From NCBI GenBank assembly GCA_030632085.1, contig DAOVJY010000001.1, forward strand, positions 271,402 through 335,401: a DNA stretch of 64,000 nucleotides, written 5' to 3'. Both the position numbers and the translations under genes were made by a program. Below are positions 50,601-59,869 of the stretch, piece by piece. A model generated the notes under the pieces. That model saw only the letters and a program-made list of their open reading frames with translations. It did not search any database and was not told the DNA's origin. The stretch's first letter is position 1. Every line of letters begins with the position of its first letter. The stretch comes from Candidatus Omnitrophota bacterium (GTDB lineage Bacteria; Omnitrophota; Gorgyraeia; JAGLLT01).

Positions 50601-50745
50601 TAATAACCGAAGCCGTAGGATAGGTCAAATCAGGCATAACCTCTACAGTTAACTTGGATAGAGATATAACACCTAAAACGACAATAATACCGATTAACAT
50701 CAAAACCGTAACTGAGCGATTTACAGAAAATTCAGGTAATTTCAT
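47623..50745 (-). CDS. RND efflux transporter permease (AcrB/CusA superfamily)
   Basis: 1040 aa with 12 TM helices and two large periplasmic loops. Confidence 0.9.
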   Translation of the reverse strand: MKLPEFSVNRSVTVLMLIGIIVVLGVISLSKLTVEVMPDLTYPTASVISTYEGAASEDIETLVTKPIEAAVSKVKNVKTVDSISQEEISIIMVEFEWGTNVDFAAQDMRDAIGIVEDFLPEGIDKPIVIKFDPSIIPIIALGITGERDLRDLRTLVKDQIKDRLEMVDGVATCMIMGGREREIQVRIDKEKLKALNIPILQVVSILRYENLDLSGGHVTRGYTEYLLRTLGEFENLDQIRNTVITVREQKPVYLKDFAEVYDTHTEVRNYSRTNKKNGLILAVTKESGANDLEVASGIKKKLKEVKKDLPSDIKIYTALDQGRITQLMISTTAGDCFWGGLLAVVILFLFLRNWRPTLAIALSIPLSILATFIAVYFAGFSLNIMTMSGLALGVGMLVSNAIIVIENIFRHLEEGKNRNQAAIVGTSEVGAAITASTLTTIAVFLPLIYATGIAGKLSQGLALTVTFALIGSLFTALTLIPMMASKIFVKRKAKKDYELHFGERGFNFLKNWYKKTLTIALHHRVKVSLAAIAIFFVSMCFLPFVGKEFMPVIDPGLVIVKVKTPVGTSLEETDRVVKQVEDIMMRQKEADVLGTFTGLMEGSKVDIAFSGSGIGNTGVNEAMIFAHLVDKSERKRSSVQIQDAIRKQFPQIEGTKIEFLDLARFITSGGTGQIPIEIKIFGKDLIKLEQIANEIAAKIKPIEGLYDVDTTLRSGKPELRFVIDRDKASQLGLNVAQIASIMRANFEGQVATRYRTAGDEFDLRVQYRDEDAESFDDVKRAVIFSNLGSQHHLEDVAKIIEGKGPVKLYRENQKRKASIVANFSGRDLGSILNEIKAKVKETRLPSGYFIEYGGEAKRMRETFIALGSVFILALILVYMIMAAQFESLVYPLTVMFTVPFGLIGVILILILTGNSLSMVSLLGIIILVGVVVNNGIVLVDYVNQLRAKGMSKNEALIQGGVTKLRAVLLTAATAMFGMLPMAISSSEGSELRSPMALAVIGGLIVSTFLTLIIVPTVYSILDDIAHRTRKEVSKRLIGEE

Positions 50746-51665
50746 TGGGCATTTCCCTTAGTTTCTATAAAAACATTTGCGCCGTCCTTAAGGCCGTAGT
50801 TTCCCTCTATAATTACATCCTCGCCAACACTTAGCCCTTCTACAATCTCTACAAAATCTTTTTGATATATTCCTGTCTTTACTTTTTTCTTGTGGGCAAC
50901 AGAGCCATTAACAACAAAGACAAATTTGCGATTATTTTCGCTGAGCACTGCTTGAATAGGTACAATAAGGGAATTTTCTTTTTTCTTTAAAATGATGTCT
51001 ACCCTGGCAAACATTCCCGGTTTAAGCTGATGTTCTTTATTAGCAATTTCTATCTCTACTTCAGCTGTCCGCGTGCTAAGGTCAACTAAAGGAGCAATCC
51101 TTGTGATCTCACCAAGAAAAACCTCATCAGGATAGGCATCCACTTTGACTTTTGCCTCAGCTTTTTCTTTTAATCTGCCTAAATATTTCTCAGAGACATT
51201 CACCAACACCTTTATTCTATCAATATTAGCTACCATAATCACAGGAACTCTCATTATCGGACTTACACTCGGTTCAACTTGGGAACCTTTATCTAAAAAT
51301 TTTTTTATTACCATTCCATCGATTGGCGATTTGATCGATGCCTTCTCATATTTCATCCCCTCTATATCTCTGTCAATCAATACCAGGACATCACCTTTTT
51401 TTACTTTATTTCCTTCCTTGACAAGAAAGCTATCAATCTTTCCTGGAATCTTACTCATCAAGGTCACCATTTCCTGGCCGGCAATATTACCTACGCAAGA
51501 TATTTTATCTTCAACCTCTCCTTTTATAACCTGGGTTACCTTAACAGTAGGAACCCTTGCCTCTGTTTGACGCCCATCATTATTATTCTTTATCCCCTTA
51601 ATAATTCTAAAACCACCCAGTACTATTAAAAAAATTATTAAAGTTAAAATTACAAATTTCTTCAT
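50742..51665 (-). CDS. RND efflux periplasmic adaptor (membrane fusion protein)
   Basis: The HlyD/MFP fold. It overlaps the permease gene by 4 nt. Confidence 0.85.
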   Translation of the reverse strand: MKKFVILTLIIFLIVLGGFRIIKGIKNNNDGRQTEARVPTVKVTQVIKGEVEDKISCVGNIAGQEMVTLMSKIPGKIDSFLVKEGNKVKKGDVLVLIDRDIEGMKYEKASIKSPIDGMVIKKFLDKGSQVEPSVSPIMRVPVIMVANIDRIKVLVNVSEKYLGRLKEKAEAKVKVDAYPDEVFLGEITRIAPLVDLSTRTAEVEIEIANKEHQLKPGMFARVDIILKKKENSLIVPIQAVLSENNRKFVFVVNGSVAHKKKVKTGIYQKDFVEIVEGLSVGEDVIIEGNYGLKDGANVFIETKGNAQ

Positions 51666-51667
51666 AA

Positions 51668-53092
51668 TTATTCGCCTCCTGATTTCTTTGCCGAAACTTT
51701 TGCTCTCTCCTTAGCCAAAGCTTCGGAGGACAAGTCAGCAGACAGGCCTATTGCTTTTTCTAACCTTGCCTGACTTAAAATACAATTATATATTGCTTCA
51801 AGATGGTTTGTCTGAGTTTCAGTTAATGCTAATTGAGCAGCCAACACTTCTACATTATCTACTCGCCCATTTTTATACCCAATCTGTGTACTGTTCAGAC
51901 TTTCTTTGGCTTGGATTACTGCTTTCTCTGATACCTTAATCCTCTTTTTAGCCTCTTCTAAATTTAATAGAGATCTCTTTACCTCCAAAGCAATTCCATC
52001 TTTTAACTGGGCTTGGAGATATTCTAATTCTCTTAGGGCAGATCTTGCCTGGCCTACCTGGACTTTAGTTTCTCCCCAATTCCAGATATCCACACTAACA
52101 TTCGCACCTACCATCCAACCTTCTTTCCACTCTATAATCGGCTCATCACCCTTATGATATTTATAATTTCCAAAAAGTCCTACTTGCGGCCAGTAATTAC
52201 TTTTAACTACACCAATACCCGCTTTAGCCATCTCGATATTATGTTTCATTTTATAAATCTCAGGCCGATTATTTTCAGCCTCTTTAAACAACCGGTCTAC
52301 GTTATAATCTTGTTCTATAACTTCAAATACATCAACCACATCCACAGGCAAATTTAGTTCCTTGGCTAATATAATATTAAATGAAGACTTTGCCAACTTA
52401 ACACCATTTTCAGCCTTAATGAGTGCCTGTTCAGCATTTGCCGATTGCACCTCAGTCCTTAAAAGGTCAGTTCTCGGAACAGTTCCGGCATTATAGAGGC
52501 CTCTTACTGTCTCAAGATGCGCCTTCATCTGCTCTACTGCATCCCGGCAAACCTCCGTATACTTTTGGGTCACTAATATCCCAAAATAAGCCTCCTTAAC
52601 TTGTAAGATTAAATTTTGTTTTTCCTCTTCATAATTATATTTTGTGGCCTCTAAATTATTTCTTGCCTGTTTATTTAAAGAAAGAATCTTGCCTCCCGTA
52701 AAGAGTGGCTGCCGGACTACAGCTTGGAGATTATATATATTATCATCGCCGACTTTTATAGATAAGGCCTGCGGAGTAAGAACACCTGCTTCCAAATCTA
52801 AACTTGGAGGTTCATTCAGATGAATATAGGAAGATTCTGCTTTAAATTTTGGCAAAAATAAAGTCTTTGCTTCCCAGATTTTTTCTTCGGCGCCGGTAAT
52901 TTTTTCTGAGGCGGCTTTTAACCCGTAATTATTTTCTAAGGCAATATTAATACTATCATTTAAAGTAAGCACCTCGGACGTTGTTTTAACTTCTTCAGCA
53001 TACGAATACATTGGTAGTAGAAGCAACAAAATAAAAACAACCGTATATTTTACTTTTTTCTCAACTATTGCCAATATCATTGAATTTTTCAT
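51668..53092 (-). CDS. TolC-family outer-membrane efflux protein
   Basis: A signal peptide and duplicated TolC repeats. Confidence 0.85.
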   Translation of the reverse strand: MKNSMILAIVEKKVKYTVVFILLLLLPMYSYAEEVKTTSEVLTLNDSINIALENNYGLKAASEKITGAEEKIWEAKTLFLPKFKAESSYIHLNEPPSLDLEAGVLTPQALSIKVGDDNIYNLQAVVRQPLFTGGKILSLNKQARNNLEATKYNYEEEKQNLILQVKEAYFGILVTQKYTEVCRDAVEQMKAHLETVRGLYNAGTVPRTDLLRTEVQSANAEQALIKAENGVKLAKSSFNIILAKELNLPVDVVDVFEVIEQDYNVDRLFKEAENNRPEIYKMKHNIEMAKAGIGVVKSNYWPQVGLFGNYKYHKGDEPIIEWKEGWMVGANVSVDIWNWGETKVQVGQARSALRELEYLQAQLKDGIALEVKRSLLNLEEAKKRIKVSEKAVIQAKESLNSTQIGYKNGRVDNVEVLAAQLALTETQTNHLEAIYNCILSQARLEKAIGLSADLSSEALAKERAKVSAKKSGGE

Positions 53093-53694
53093 TTAACTAT
53101 CCCTGAAAAATATATTTTCAACAGCATAGGAACTTTTTCTACAATTGGATATTTTCTACCTTCTATCTGCCACATATACACAAGGCCATTTAGCATATTT
53201 GTCAAAATACCAATTGCACCCTTGACATCTATTTTCTTTATCTGACCTTTAGCTATACCCTGACGGAATACTTCTTCCATTTTATTGATGTGTTCATAAT
53301 AATGATCAAAGTATCTTTTTTGGATCCTCTTTTGGAATTCACTCTGTTCATGAATTAATATTCTAATAAGATTTGAGTTATCTTCAAAAAACTTTAAATA
53401 TGCCTCTATCGCTTTTTTTATCCTATCCAGCGGCTCTTTTTCTTTTACCATCGCCTCTAATACTAAATCCTTTAAATTTTCTATACCTTTATCCGCGACA
53501 GAGAGAAAAAGGCTTTTCTTGTCTTTAAAGTACCTATAAACCGTACCTTTTCCTAAACCTGCCAGGTTTGCAATTTCATCAACCTGGGTTCTGGCAAATC
53601 CCTTTTTAGAAAAAACACGAGCCGCGACATCAAGTATCTGCTTCTGCCTCATTTGGGTAAGTTCTTTTTTCTTTGCTTTATCTGTAATCTTCAT
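53089..53694 (-). CDS. TetR/AcrR-family transcriptional regulator
   Basis: An N-terminal HTH ILDVAARVFSKKGFARTQVDEIANLAGLGKGTVYRYF. It overlaps the TolC gene by 4 nt. Confidence 0.85.
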   Translation of the reverse strand: MKITDKAKKKELTQMRQKQILDVAARVFSKKGFARTQVDEIANLAGLGKGTVYRYFKDKKSLFLSVADKGIENLKDLVLEAMVKEKEPLDRIKKAIEAYLKFFEDNSNLIRILIHEQSEFQKRIQKRYFDHYYEHINKMEEVFRQGIAKGQIKKIDVKGAIGILTNMLNGLVYMWQIEGRKYPIVEKVPMLLKIYFSGIVK

Positions 53695-53711
53695 TTTCCA
53701 ACTCCTTTAAG

Positions 53712-53764
53712 CGGACTGACAAGTCCGTCCGTTGTAAATATACACTACATTTCGTGACATGTCA
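53712..53764. promoter_or_regulatory. Candidate TetR operator palindromes in the 5' leader of the efflux operon
   Basis: CGGACTgacaAGTCCG (53712-53727) has perfect 6-bp arms. TGACATGTCA (53755-53764) is a perfect 10-bp palindrome. Confidence 0.35.
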
Positions 53765-53812
53765 AGAGACATTCTATCAAAATTTTCTCATGTATTTTTT
53801 TCAAACTCCTAA

Positions 53813-53885
53813 TAAAAAACCCGAAAGATTAATTTCTTTCGGTTTATAATTTGGTAGCTCCAGGCCATGCTAACAATTAGGGATA
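53813..53885 (-). repeat. Degenerate copy (b) of the box-plus-terminator repeat family
   Basis: The hairpin AAACCCGAAAG-attaattt-CTTTCGGTTT is followed on the minus strand by a U6 tract. The box ttggtagctccaggccatgctaacaattagggata has about 24/36 identity to the consensus. Confidence 0.5.
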
Positions 53886-53962
53886 CCTTCAAGCTCACCA
53901 ACGCAATTGAGTATTGCTAAATTACCTCTTAGAGCAGCACTTCGTTGACCACTTTTTTAATT

Positions 53963-54337
53963 TTATATGATTTCACATACTTTCCAACTTTCATCAACCC
54001 ATAACCCGATAATTTCAATTTCCCTATACCGTTGACGAAGAAATTCAATCGCTTTTTTAATATGTATCGCTTGCTCTTCTTTCGGTGCTGGATTCCCGGC
54101 GCAGTCATAGTGTCCCGCAATCGCAACTCCAATAGACTGGTGGCTTTCAATTGAAATCTTCAGTCTCGCGAGAATAGATTCTACTAATGCTTTATTGTTA
54201 TTTTCTGACAAAATCAGATTTGGCGCCGGCTCAGTAATAGAATCTACATAATCCACGTTGAAACGATTGCGCAGATAGCTAATCACAGGTATCTGAACAC
54301 GCCCATCCATACAGTTAATAACTGTGCAAAATCTCAT
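53963..54337 (-). CDS. Small beta-carbonic-anhydrase-like protein (124 aa)
   Basis: A CxDxR motif (INCMDGRVQ) and an HxxC-G motif (AGHYDCAG) with the spacing typical of beta-CA zinc ligands. The protein is much shorter than canonical beta-CAs. Confidence 0.4.
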   Translation of the reverse strand: MRFCTVINCMDGRVQIPVISYLRNRFNVDYVDSITEPAPNLILSENNNKALVESILARLKISIESHQSIGVAIAGHYDCAGNPAPKEEQAIHIKKAIEFLRQRYREIEIIGLWVDESWKVCEII

Positions 54338-54562
54338 TATAGCTCCTTTTAGTGAATGCCCCTGTTGTTTAAGAACTTAATCCCATAATTATATCACACT
54401 CTGCCTTAGAGAAAACCTTTCTTAAATATTATAAGGCTTATAATAGGATACTATTAAGCACAACACCTATTTGATGTTACTTGTATTTCGCGTATTTGAC
54501 AAGTGTGGTGTTCTATGTTATGTTTATAATAGCTTCTTTAAAAAGAGAACAAAACCTTTAAA

Positions 54563-55288
54563 ATGATGATTGAAATTATGAAAAAAAGTATACGAGTACT
54601 CTCTATATTATTTTTTATCTTTTTAATCGGCAATCAGTTTAATAACTTAAAAGCCGCCGACAACTTCTTTAATAAGCGTCGGGAAATGGTTGAAACTCAA
54701 ATTGAAGAAAGAGGCATAAAGGACAAAGTTACCTTAGAAGCTATGCTTTCTACCCCAAGACACAAATTCGTCCCGCCGGCTCATAGAGCCTATGCTTACG
54801 CGGATCGTCCTTTGCCTATAGGCCATGGGCAAACCATATCACAGCCTTATATCGTCGCCCTTATGACTTCTCTATTAAATCTCAATTCCAAATCTGTTGT
54901 TTTAGAGGTGGGAACCGGCTCGGGATATCAGGCCGCGATTTTATCCGGGATATGCAAAGAAGTCTACACAATAGAAATTATTCCCCCTTTAGGCAAAAAT
55001 GCCGCCGCTCTTCTTAAAGAATATGATAATGTTACAGTTGAGATTGGTGATGGTTATTATGGCTGGGAAGAATATGCCCCTTTTGACGGCATTATGGTTA
55101 CCGCGGCAGCTACCTACATCCCTCCTCCCTTAATCAAACAGCTTAAGCCCGGCGGCAAGATGATTATACCAATAGGTGGTGTTTTTCAAGTCCAGAGATT
55201 GATGCTTATTACAAAAAAACAAGATAGCACTCTAATAAGCGAAAATATCATTCCGGTCCGCTTTGTTCCTTTAACCAGAGCGGATTAA
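54563..55288 (+). CDS. pcm: Protein-L-isoaspartate O-methyltransferase with an N-terminal signal peptide/anchor
   Basis: The SAM methyltransferase motif VLEVGTGSGYQAA and PIMT signatures (TISQPYIVA). Confidence 0.85.
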   Translation: MMIEIMKKSIRVLSILFFIFLIGNQFNNLKAADNFFNKRREMVETQIEERGIKDKVTLEAMLSTPRHKFVPPAHRAYAYADRPLPIGHGQTISQPYIVALMTSLLNLNSKSVVLEVGTGSGYQAAILSGICKEVYTIEIIPPLGKNAAALLKEYDNVTVEIGDGYYGWEEYAPFDGIMVTAAATYIPPPLIKQLKPGGKMIIPIGGVFQVQRLMLITKKQDSTLISENIIPVRFVPLTRAD

Positions 55289-55300
55289 CTGTGAGTAATT

Positions 55301-57709
55301 ATGATAATAACATTTTTAACTCTTTTCTTAGCCGCTGTTGCTTTCTTAATATATGAAATACTGTTAATGAAAACCTTAAGCATAGTCGGCTGGAGCCATT
55401 ATGCTTATATGGTTGTAAGCCTTTCTATGCTGGGCTTGGGTTTTAGCGGCGTAATTTTAGGCCTCTTTCCTAAATTTTTCCGGCAAAACCGCGACATTTG
55501 TATATTAATCGGCGGTTTCCTGTTCAGCCTTATGCTGCCTATAACTTTTTACATAAATCAAAAACTGCCCTTAAATTATCTTTATCTGGTATGGGACTGG
55601 CGGCAGTTCATATATATAGGGGTAAGTTATTTTTTATACGGAATTCCTTTTTTAATAATCTCTACCATATTAGCCATTTTCTTCATTAGGCACCCTAAGA
55701 AAACAAATCAAGTATATTCGGTAAACCTGTTCGGTTCGGGGCTTGGTGTTTTCTGCGCTGTCGTTATTATGCATTATGTTCAGCCGGAAAAGTATATCTT
55801 TGTATGCAGTGTTTTGGGCGCTTTAATGGCTTTTGTTTGGGGACTAAGATACAAAAAGTTAAGCAAGAGACTTATTCTCAGCTTCGTTTTTATAATAATC
55901 TTTTTAATAAACTTCTTTCTCATCCCCTCTTCTTTAATACAATATATCTCTGAATATAAAGGACTGCCTTCGCTTTTAAGATTACCGGGAACAAAAATAG
56001 TAGATACATACTTTAATCCTTTCGGCTATCTGCATGTTGTAGAAGGCAAAAAGGTAAGAATAGCTTCAGGTTTGAGCATAACCTATAAAGAGAAGATACC
56101 GTTACAAAAAGCTATTACATTTGACGGTGATGCCCCCTCTCCTATTTTAGATCCGGACAATATAAGTTCCGCTTTTTTTGATGATTTAATTTTTTCAGCC
56201 GCTTATAGCGTTAAGTCAAAACCTAAAGTACTTCTGATAGGAGCCGGTGGTTTTGGCAACGCTCTGCTGGCTAACTATCATAACAGCAGATACATTAATG
56301 TATTAGAGATAAATCCCAAGGTTATTACAGCGCTAGAAAAGAATATGACAAGTTCTTTTGGCCGGTGGATAAAAAAGGCAAATGTAAAAATAACCAAAAC
56401 AGACGCCCGAAGCTACATAGAAAAATCTCAAGAGGAATTTGATATTATTCAAATGGATCCCGCCGGCACCCTGACTTCGTCCGCTTCCGGACTATTCGCG
56501 CAAAATGAAGACTACTTAAATACCGTTGAATCATACAAACTTTTTATAAATAGACTTGCCCCTGATGGTATATTTATGATAAGCCGGTGGATGAGCACAC
56601 CGGCAAAAGGTGGAATAAAATTATTCGCTACCGGAGTTAGGGCATTAGAAGAGCTCGATATAGAAAACCCCCAAAACAACTTAGTCTTGATTAAAAACTG
56701 GGACATTATAACCCTGCTGATAAAAAAAGAACCCTTTACTGCGACCGAACTAAAAAATATAAAAAATTTCTGCAATAAAAAACATTTTGATATTTCGTAT
56801 TTTCCCGAGATACAAAAATCCCAGGCAAACCGCTTTCACATTCTGCCTGAGCCAATATATTATCTGGCGGCGCAGAGCATAATAAACAAGCAAGCGCGAG
56901 AAGATTTTTTTACAAATTACATATTTAATGTTAGGCCGGCTGTTGACAATAAACCTTACTTTTCACATTTTTTTAAATGGTCCGCCCTGCCTTATCTTAT
57001 TGGAACTTTAGGTAGAGAGTGGATTCCTTTTTCTGAATATGGTTATTTAATGCTCTTGGCTTCTTTCGTTCAATCTTTGGTGGTAGGTGGATTACTTATA
57101 CTTTTGCCTTTAGGAATTTTGGTTTTTAGGCGCAAAAAAGAAAACAGCGTTAAATTTAAATTTAATACCTGGTTCTATTTTGTATTTTTAGGCTTATCAT
57201 TTATGATTTTAGAAATGGGCTTAATTCAAAAGTTCATCCTTTTTCTGCATAACCCTATATATTCCGCCTCTATTGTAATAGGTTCATTTCTTACCATCTC
57301 AGGTATTGGGAGCATGATAAGCAAAAGGCTTTTTAATAAACAGGTGAAATATCAGATAATACCTTTTATAATAATTATAATTTTAGCCATTTTATATGCT
57401 TGTTTTCTTGATCCACTTTTTTCCAAACTAATGGGATTAAATATTTATATTAAACTCTTGCTTTCGATTATAATTATTGCCCCTTTGGCTTTGCTTTTAG
57501 GCATTCCTTTTCCCCTCGGAATGAGAAAAATATCTCCCACCGGTGAAGTCAACACAGGTATAGCTTGGGGATGCAATGGGTTTTTCTCGGTAATAGGTGC
57601 TATTTTAACCCCTATATTAGCCATGCTTTTGGGGTCTCAAATCGTGATTTTGATAGGCGGGCTAGGTTATCTTTTGGCAATGCTTATGTGGAAGATTAAG
57701 TTTGACTGA
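55301..57709 (+). CDS. Polytopic membrane protein with a central spermidine-synthase-like (aminopropyltransferase fold) domain
   Basis: About 8 N-terminal and about 5 C-terminal TM helices flank a Rossmann methyltransferase-like domain (VLLIGAGGFGNALL...IIQMDP). Confidence 0.7.
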   Translation: MIITFLTLFLAAVAFLIYEILLMKTLSIVGWSHYAYMVVSLSMLGLGFSGVILGLFPKFFRQNRDICILIGGFLFSLMLPITFYINQKLPLNYLYLVWDWRQFIYIGVSYFLYGIPFLIISTILAIFFIRHPKKTNQVYSVNLFGSGLGVFCAVVIMHYVQPEKYIFVCSVLGALMAFVWGLRYKKLSKRLILSFVFIIIFLINFFLIPSSLIQYISEYKGLPSLLRLPGTKIVDTYFNPFGYLHVVEGKKVRIASGLSITYKEKIPLQKAITFDGDAPSPILDPDNISSAFFDDLIFSAAYSVKSKPKVLLIGAGGFGNALLANYHNSRYINVLEINPKVITALEKNMTSSFGRWIKKANVKITKTDARSYIEKSQEEFDIIQMDPAGTLTSSASGLFAQNEDYLNTVESYKLFINRLAPDGIFMISRWMSTPAKGGIKLFATGVRALEELDIENPQNNLVLIKNWDIITLLIKKEPFTATELKNIKNFCNKKHFDISYFPEIQKSQANRFHILPEPIYYLAAQSIINKQAREDFFTNYIFNVRPAVDNKPYFSHFFKWSALPYLIGTLGREWIPFSEYGYLMLLASFVQSLVVGGLLILLPLGILVFRRKKENSVKFKFNTWFYFVFLGLSFMILEMGLIQKFILFLHNPIYSASIVIGSFLTISGIGSMISKRLFNKQVKYQIIPFIIIIILAILYACFLDPLFSKLMGLNIYIKLLLSIIIIAPLALLLGIPFPLGMRKISPTGEVNTGIAWGCNGFFSVIGAILTPILAMLLGSQIVILIGGLGYLLAMLMWKIKFD

Positions 57710-57745
57710 TGCGGAAGCCCTAACGGAAGTCAAACATTACGGATA
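57708..57745 (-). repeat. Degenerate box-only copy (f), 5 nt 3' of the MBL-fold gene stop
   Basis: gcggaagccctaacggaagtcaaacattacggata aligns without gaps to the box consensus, with about 20/35 identity (gccctaac vs gccccaac and a shared cattacggata tail). Its position relative to the stop codon matches copy (c). Confidence 0.35.
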
Positions 57746-57750
57746 GATAT

Positions 57751-58680
57751 TTATTTAACATAGGTATTTTTTAGAAATTTCTTAGTACTAACCTTACCCT
57801 TGGCATAATCTTCATGCCAGCTTTTAGGAACAGGCATATCTTTATACAACTGCCTGCGTTTAGCTTCAAGTAACATTCTGGGTCTTTTCATGAAATCGGC
57901 CGCGCAAATAACTTTTTTTCCTGTCTCAAGAGATAGGCGACTTAACCATCTAACTCCTTCCAAATTCCTCAACAAATGATGGTCAAGAATTAAAATATCA
58001 ACTTTAAAAGCAAGTTGTTTGGCGTTGTGCCAGGCTCTTTCAATTTGATTTTTAGAAAGTCTGGATAAATAAAGAGGAGGTCCACCAGTCAGTACTATAT
58101 TAGGAGACCAAGATAATATTTTAAAGATTGCTTCATCATTAAGGAGTTGAATATCAGAAGCATGTACAAATACATCTCTGCCTTCCTCGAATTTCGTCAT
58201 CATTACTGTCTCTGAATTATCATTTGCTTCTCCATGAGGCACCGATTTAGAAAAAGTCATTGGTCCTTTTCTTTTTCCTTCTACTGAAATCAAATTTTTC
58301 TTCAGGTTAAGAGACAAAGACTCTACTCGTTTTTTCTCAATAGCGGACAAATGGGACAAATCTTTGCTCAAAATCCTGATTTTTTGATTTAAGCCAATTA
58401 CTCTTTTAAGGGCGAGTTGATAAGGATTAGCATTTGCTAAAGGGATATGGTCTCCATGAAAATGGCTAATTACTATATCAGTAGCTTGCGACCATCTTTT
58501 TATAATCTTTTTTTGTATCCTCTCACCTACTGCTACCTGAATTGGATGGGGCAGCAAATCATATCTTCTATAACCTAAAGCTACTCCCGGGTCAATTAGA
58601 ACTTTACGGTTGCCGGTTTTTACAAAGCAACATAGACCTCTAACCCCTAAAGACTCAGCTCCTATAATTTCAATATCCAT
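57751..58680 (-). CDS. MBL-fold metallo-hydrolase
   Basis: An HxHxDH motif (SHFHGDHI) and further His/Asp ligands. Confidence 0.7.
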   Translation of the reverse strand: MDIEIIGAESLGVRGLCCFVKTGNRKVLIDPGVALGYRRYDLLPHPIQVAVGERIQKKIIKRWSQATDIVISHFHGDHIPLANANPYQLALKRVIGLNQKIRILSKDLSHLSAIEKKRVESLSLNLKKNLISVEGKRKGPMTFSKSVPHGEANDNSETVMMTKFEEGRDVFVHASDIQLLNDEAIFKILSWSPNIVLTGGPPLYLSRLSKNQIERAWHNAKQLAFKVDILILDHHLLRNLEGVRWLSRLSLETGKKVICAADFMKRPRMLLEAKRRQLYKDMPVPKSWHEDYAKGKVSTKKFLKNTYVK

Positions 58681-58974
58681 CTAACACCATTATTCTATCT
58701 TCTCCAAACGTGCTCATGGCAATTAGAAATGTCATAAGAATTAGGGATGTTGCTTAAAGTTTAAATTTACGCAAACACTCTATGCGGCTGTTGTTATAAG
58801 GAATTTTAATATTATACATACATATTATACATTACGCGTATATAATTTTCAAACTCAGTTCTTTGGTTCTATTTCGCATTTCATCTGTACTAACATAATA
58901 TATGAAGTTCGTATGATAAGGAGTTTGTGGCAAAATGAAAGATATGTCTGTTTATGAATCTTAGATAACTCAAC

Positions 58975-59047
58975 AATAAACCCGAAAGAAATTAATCTTT
59001 CAGGTTGTTTTTATGGTAGCCCCAACCTGTGCTGTTCACTACGGATA
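58975..59047 (-). repeat. Copy (c) of the box-plus-terminator repeat, immediately 3' of mazF
   Basis: The hairpin AAACCCGAAAG-aaattaat-CTTTCAGGTT is followed by the box ATGGTAGCCCCAACCTGTGCTGTTCACTACGGATA. The box ends 5 nt before the mazF stop codon. Confidence 0.6.
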
Positions 59048-59052
59048 CTTTA

Positions 59053-59391
59053 TTACACTCCAATAATTTCATTTAATCCTTCAACCACAAGACTTAACTC
59101 TTCAGGCAATATACTACCGGCTTTTTTTCCTAACCGCTTAACCGACAAAGTGCGAATTTGGTTTATTTTAACCCACGATTTTTTAGGTAATTTTGAACCG
59201 CTAAGTTCTAACGTTAACGGAAATCCCGCTCGCTGAGACTGACTTGTAAGAGCAACTGCTATAACAGTACCAGATCTTTCATTAAAAACTTCATGGCTAA
59301 GAATAAGTACAGGTCGTTTACCGGCCTGCTCGCTTCCTCTAACCGGATTTAAATCCGCCCAAACAACATCACCCCTCAATATTCCGGCCAT
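59053..59391 (-). CDS. mazF: MazF/PemK-family type II toxin endoribonuclease
   Basis: [26 protein letters not shown] is the typical PemK/MazF N-terminus. Confidence 0.85.
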   Translation of the reverse strand: MAGILRGDVVWADLNPVRGSEQAGKRPVLILSHEVFNERSGTVIAVALTSQSQRAGFPLTLELSGSKLPKKSWVKINQIRTLSVKRLGKKAGSILPEELSLVVEGLNEIIGV

Positions 59392-59618
59392 TGTTCAATC
59401 TCCTCCGAAAAACCTTCCTCCGCTATAGCTTGTTCAAATGAGGAGTCTAATTTCGCGCATTCCCTGGCAAGGCGGCTATGATCAAGGCGTGCCAATTTTT
59501 CCCTAACCGCGTCCTGCACAATCTTGCTTCTGCTTGGAAATACATGGGATTTAACAAGCCGATCTAATCTAGCCAACAACTTATGTTCAATACTAATAGC
59601 TACTTTTGATGTTCTCAT
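59376..59618 (-). CDS. Ribbon-helix-helix (CopG-like) antitoxin partner of MazF
   Basis: 80 aa with an RHH N-terminus ([18 protein letters not shown]) and an acidic C-terminus. It overlaps mazF by 16 nt. Confidence 0.7.
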   Translation of the reverse strand: MRTSKVAISIEHKLLARLDRLVKSHVFPSRSKIVQDAVREKLARLDHSRLARECAKLDSSFEQAIAEEGFSEEIEQWPEY

Positions 59619-59732
59619 GATTGCCTCCTTTGGTATTACTATACATCATACCGGAAGTTTTTACAAGTATATTTTGAATCCTTGCTTTTATTTCGTAATT
59701 TGTCTGTAATAACATAAAATGAGGCGCCAACA

Positions 59733-59804
59733 AATAACCCGAAAGAACTTAATCTTTCGGGTTATCAACATGGTAGCCCCAACCCGTGCTGTTCACTACG
59801 GATA
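59733..59804 (-). repeat. Copy (d) of the box-plus-terminator repeat, 3' of abiEii
   Basis: The hairpin AACCCGAAAG-aacttaat-CTTTCGGGTT is followed by the box ATGGTAGCCCCAACCCGTGCTGTTCACTACGGATA. Confidence 0.6.
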
Positions 59805-59869
59805 GGTTATTTCTATTAAATCTTTGCAATTTTTTCGCCCATCATTATATCATAATTCTTTCTAAAATT

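Noticed and set aside
59014-59070. Short peptide ORF starting at the ATG inside the box (MVAPTRAVHYG...)
   Set aside because: The reading frame ends at different places in each copy. The downstream residues are not conserved. There is no RBS. The ATG is most likely fortuitous within a nucleic-acid-level element.
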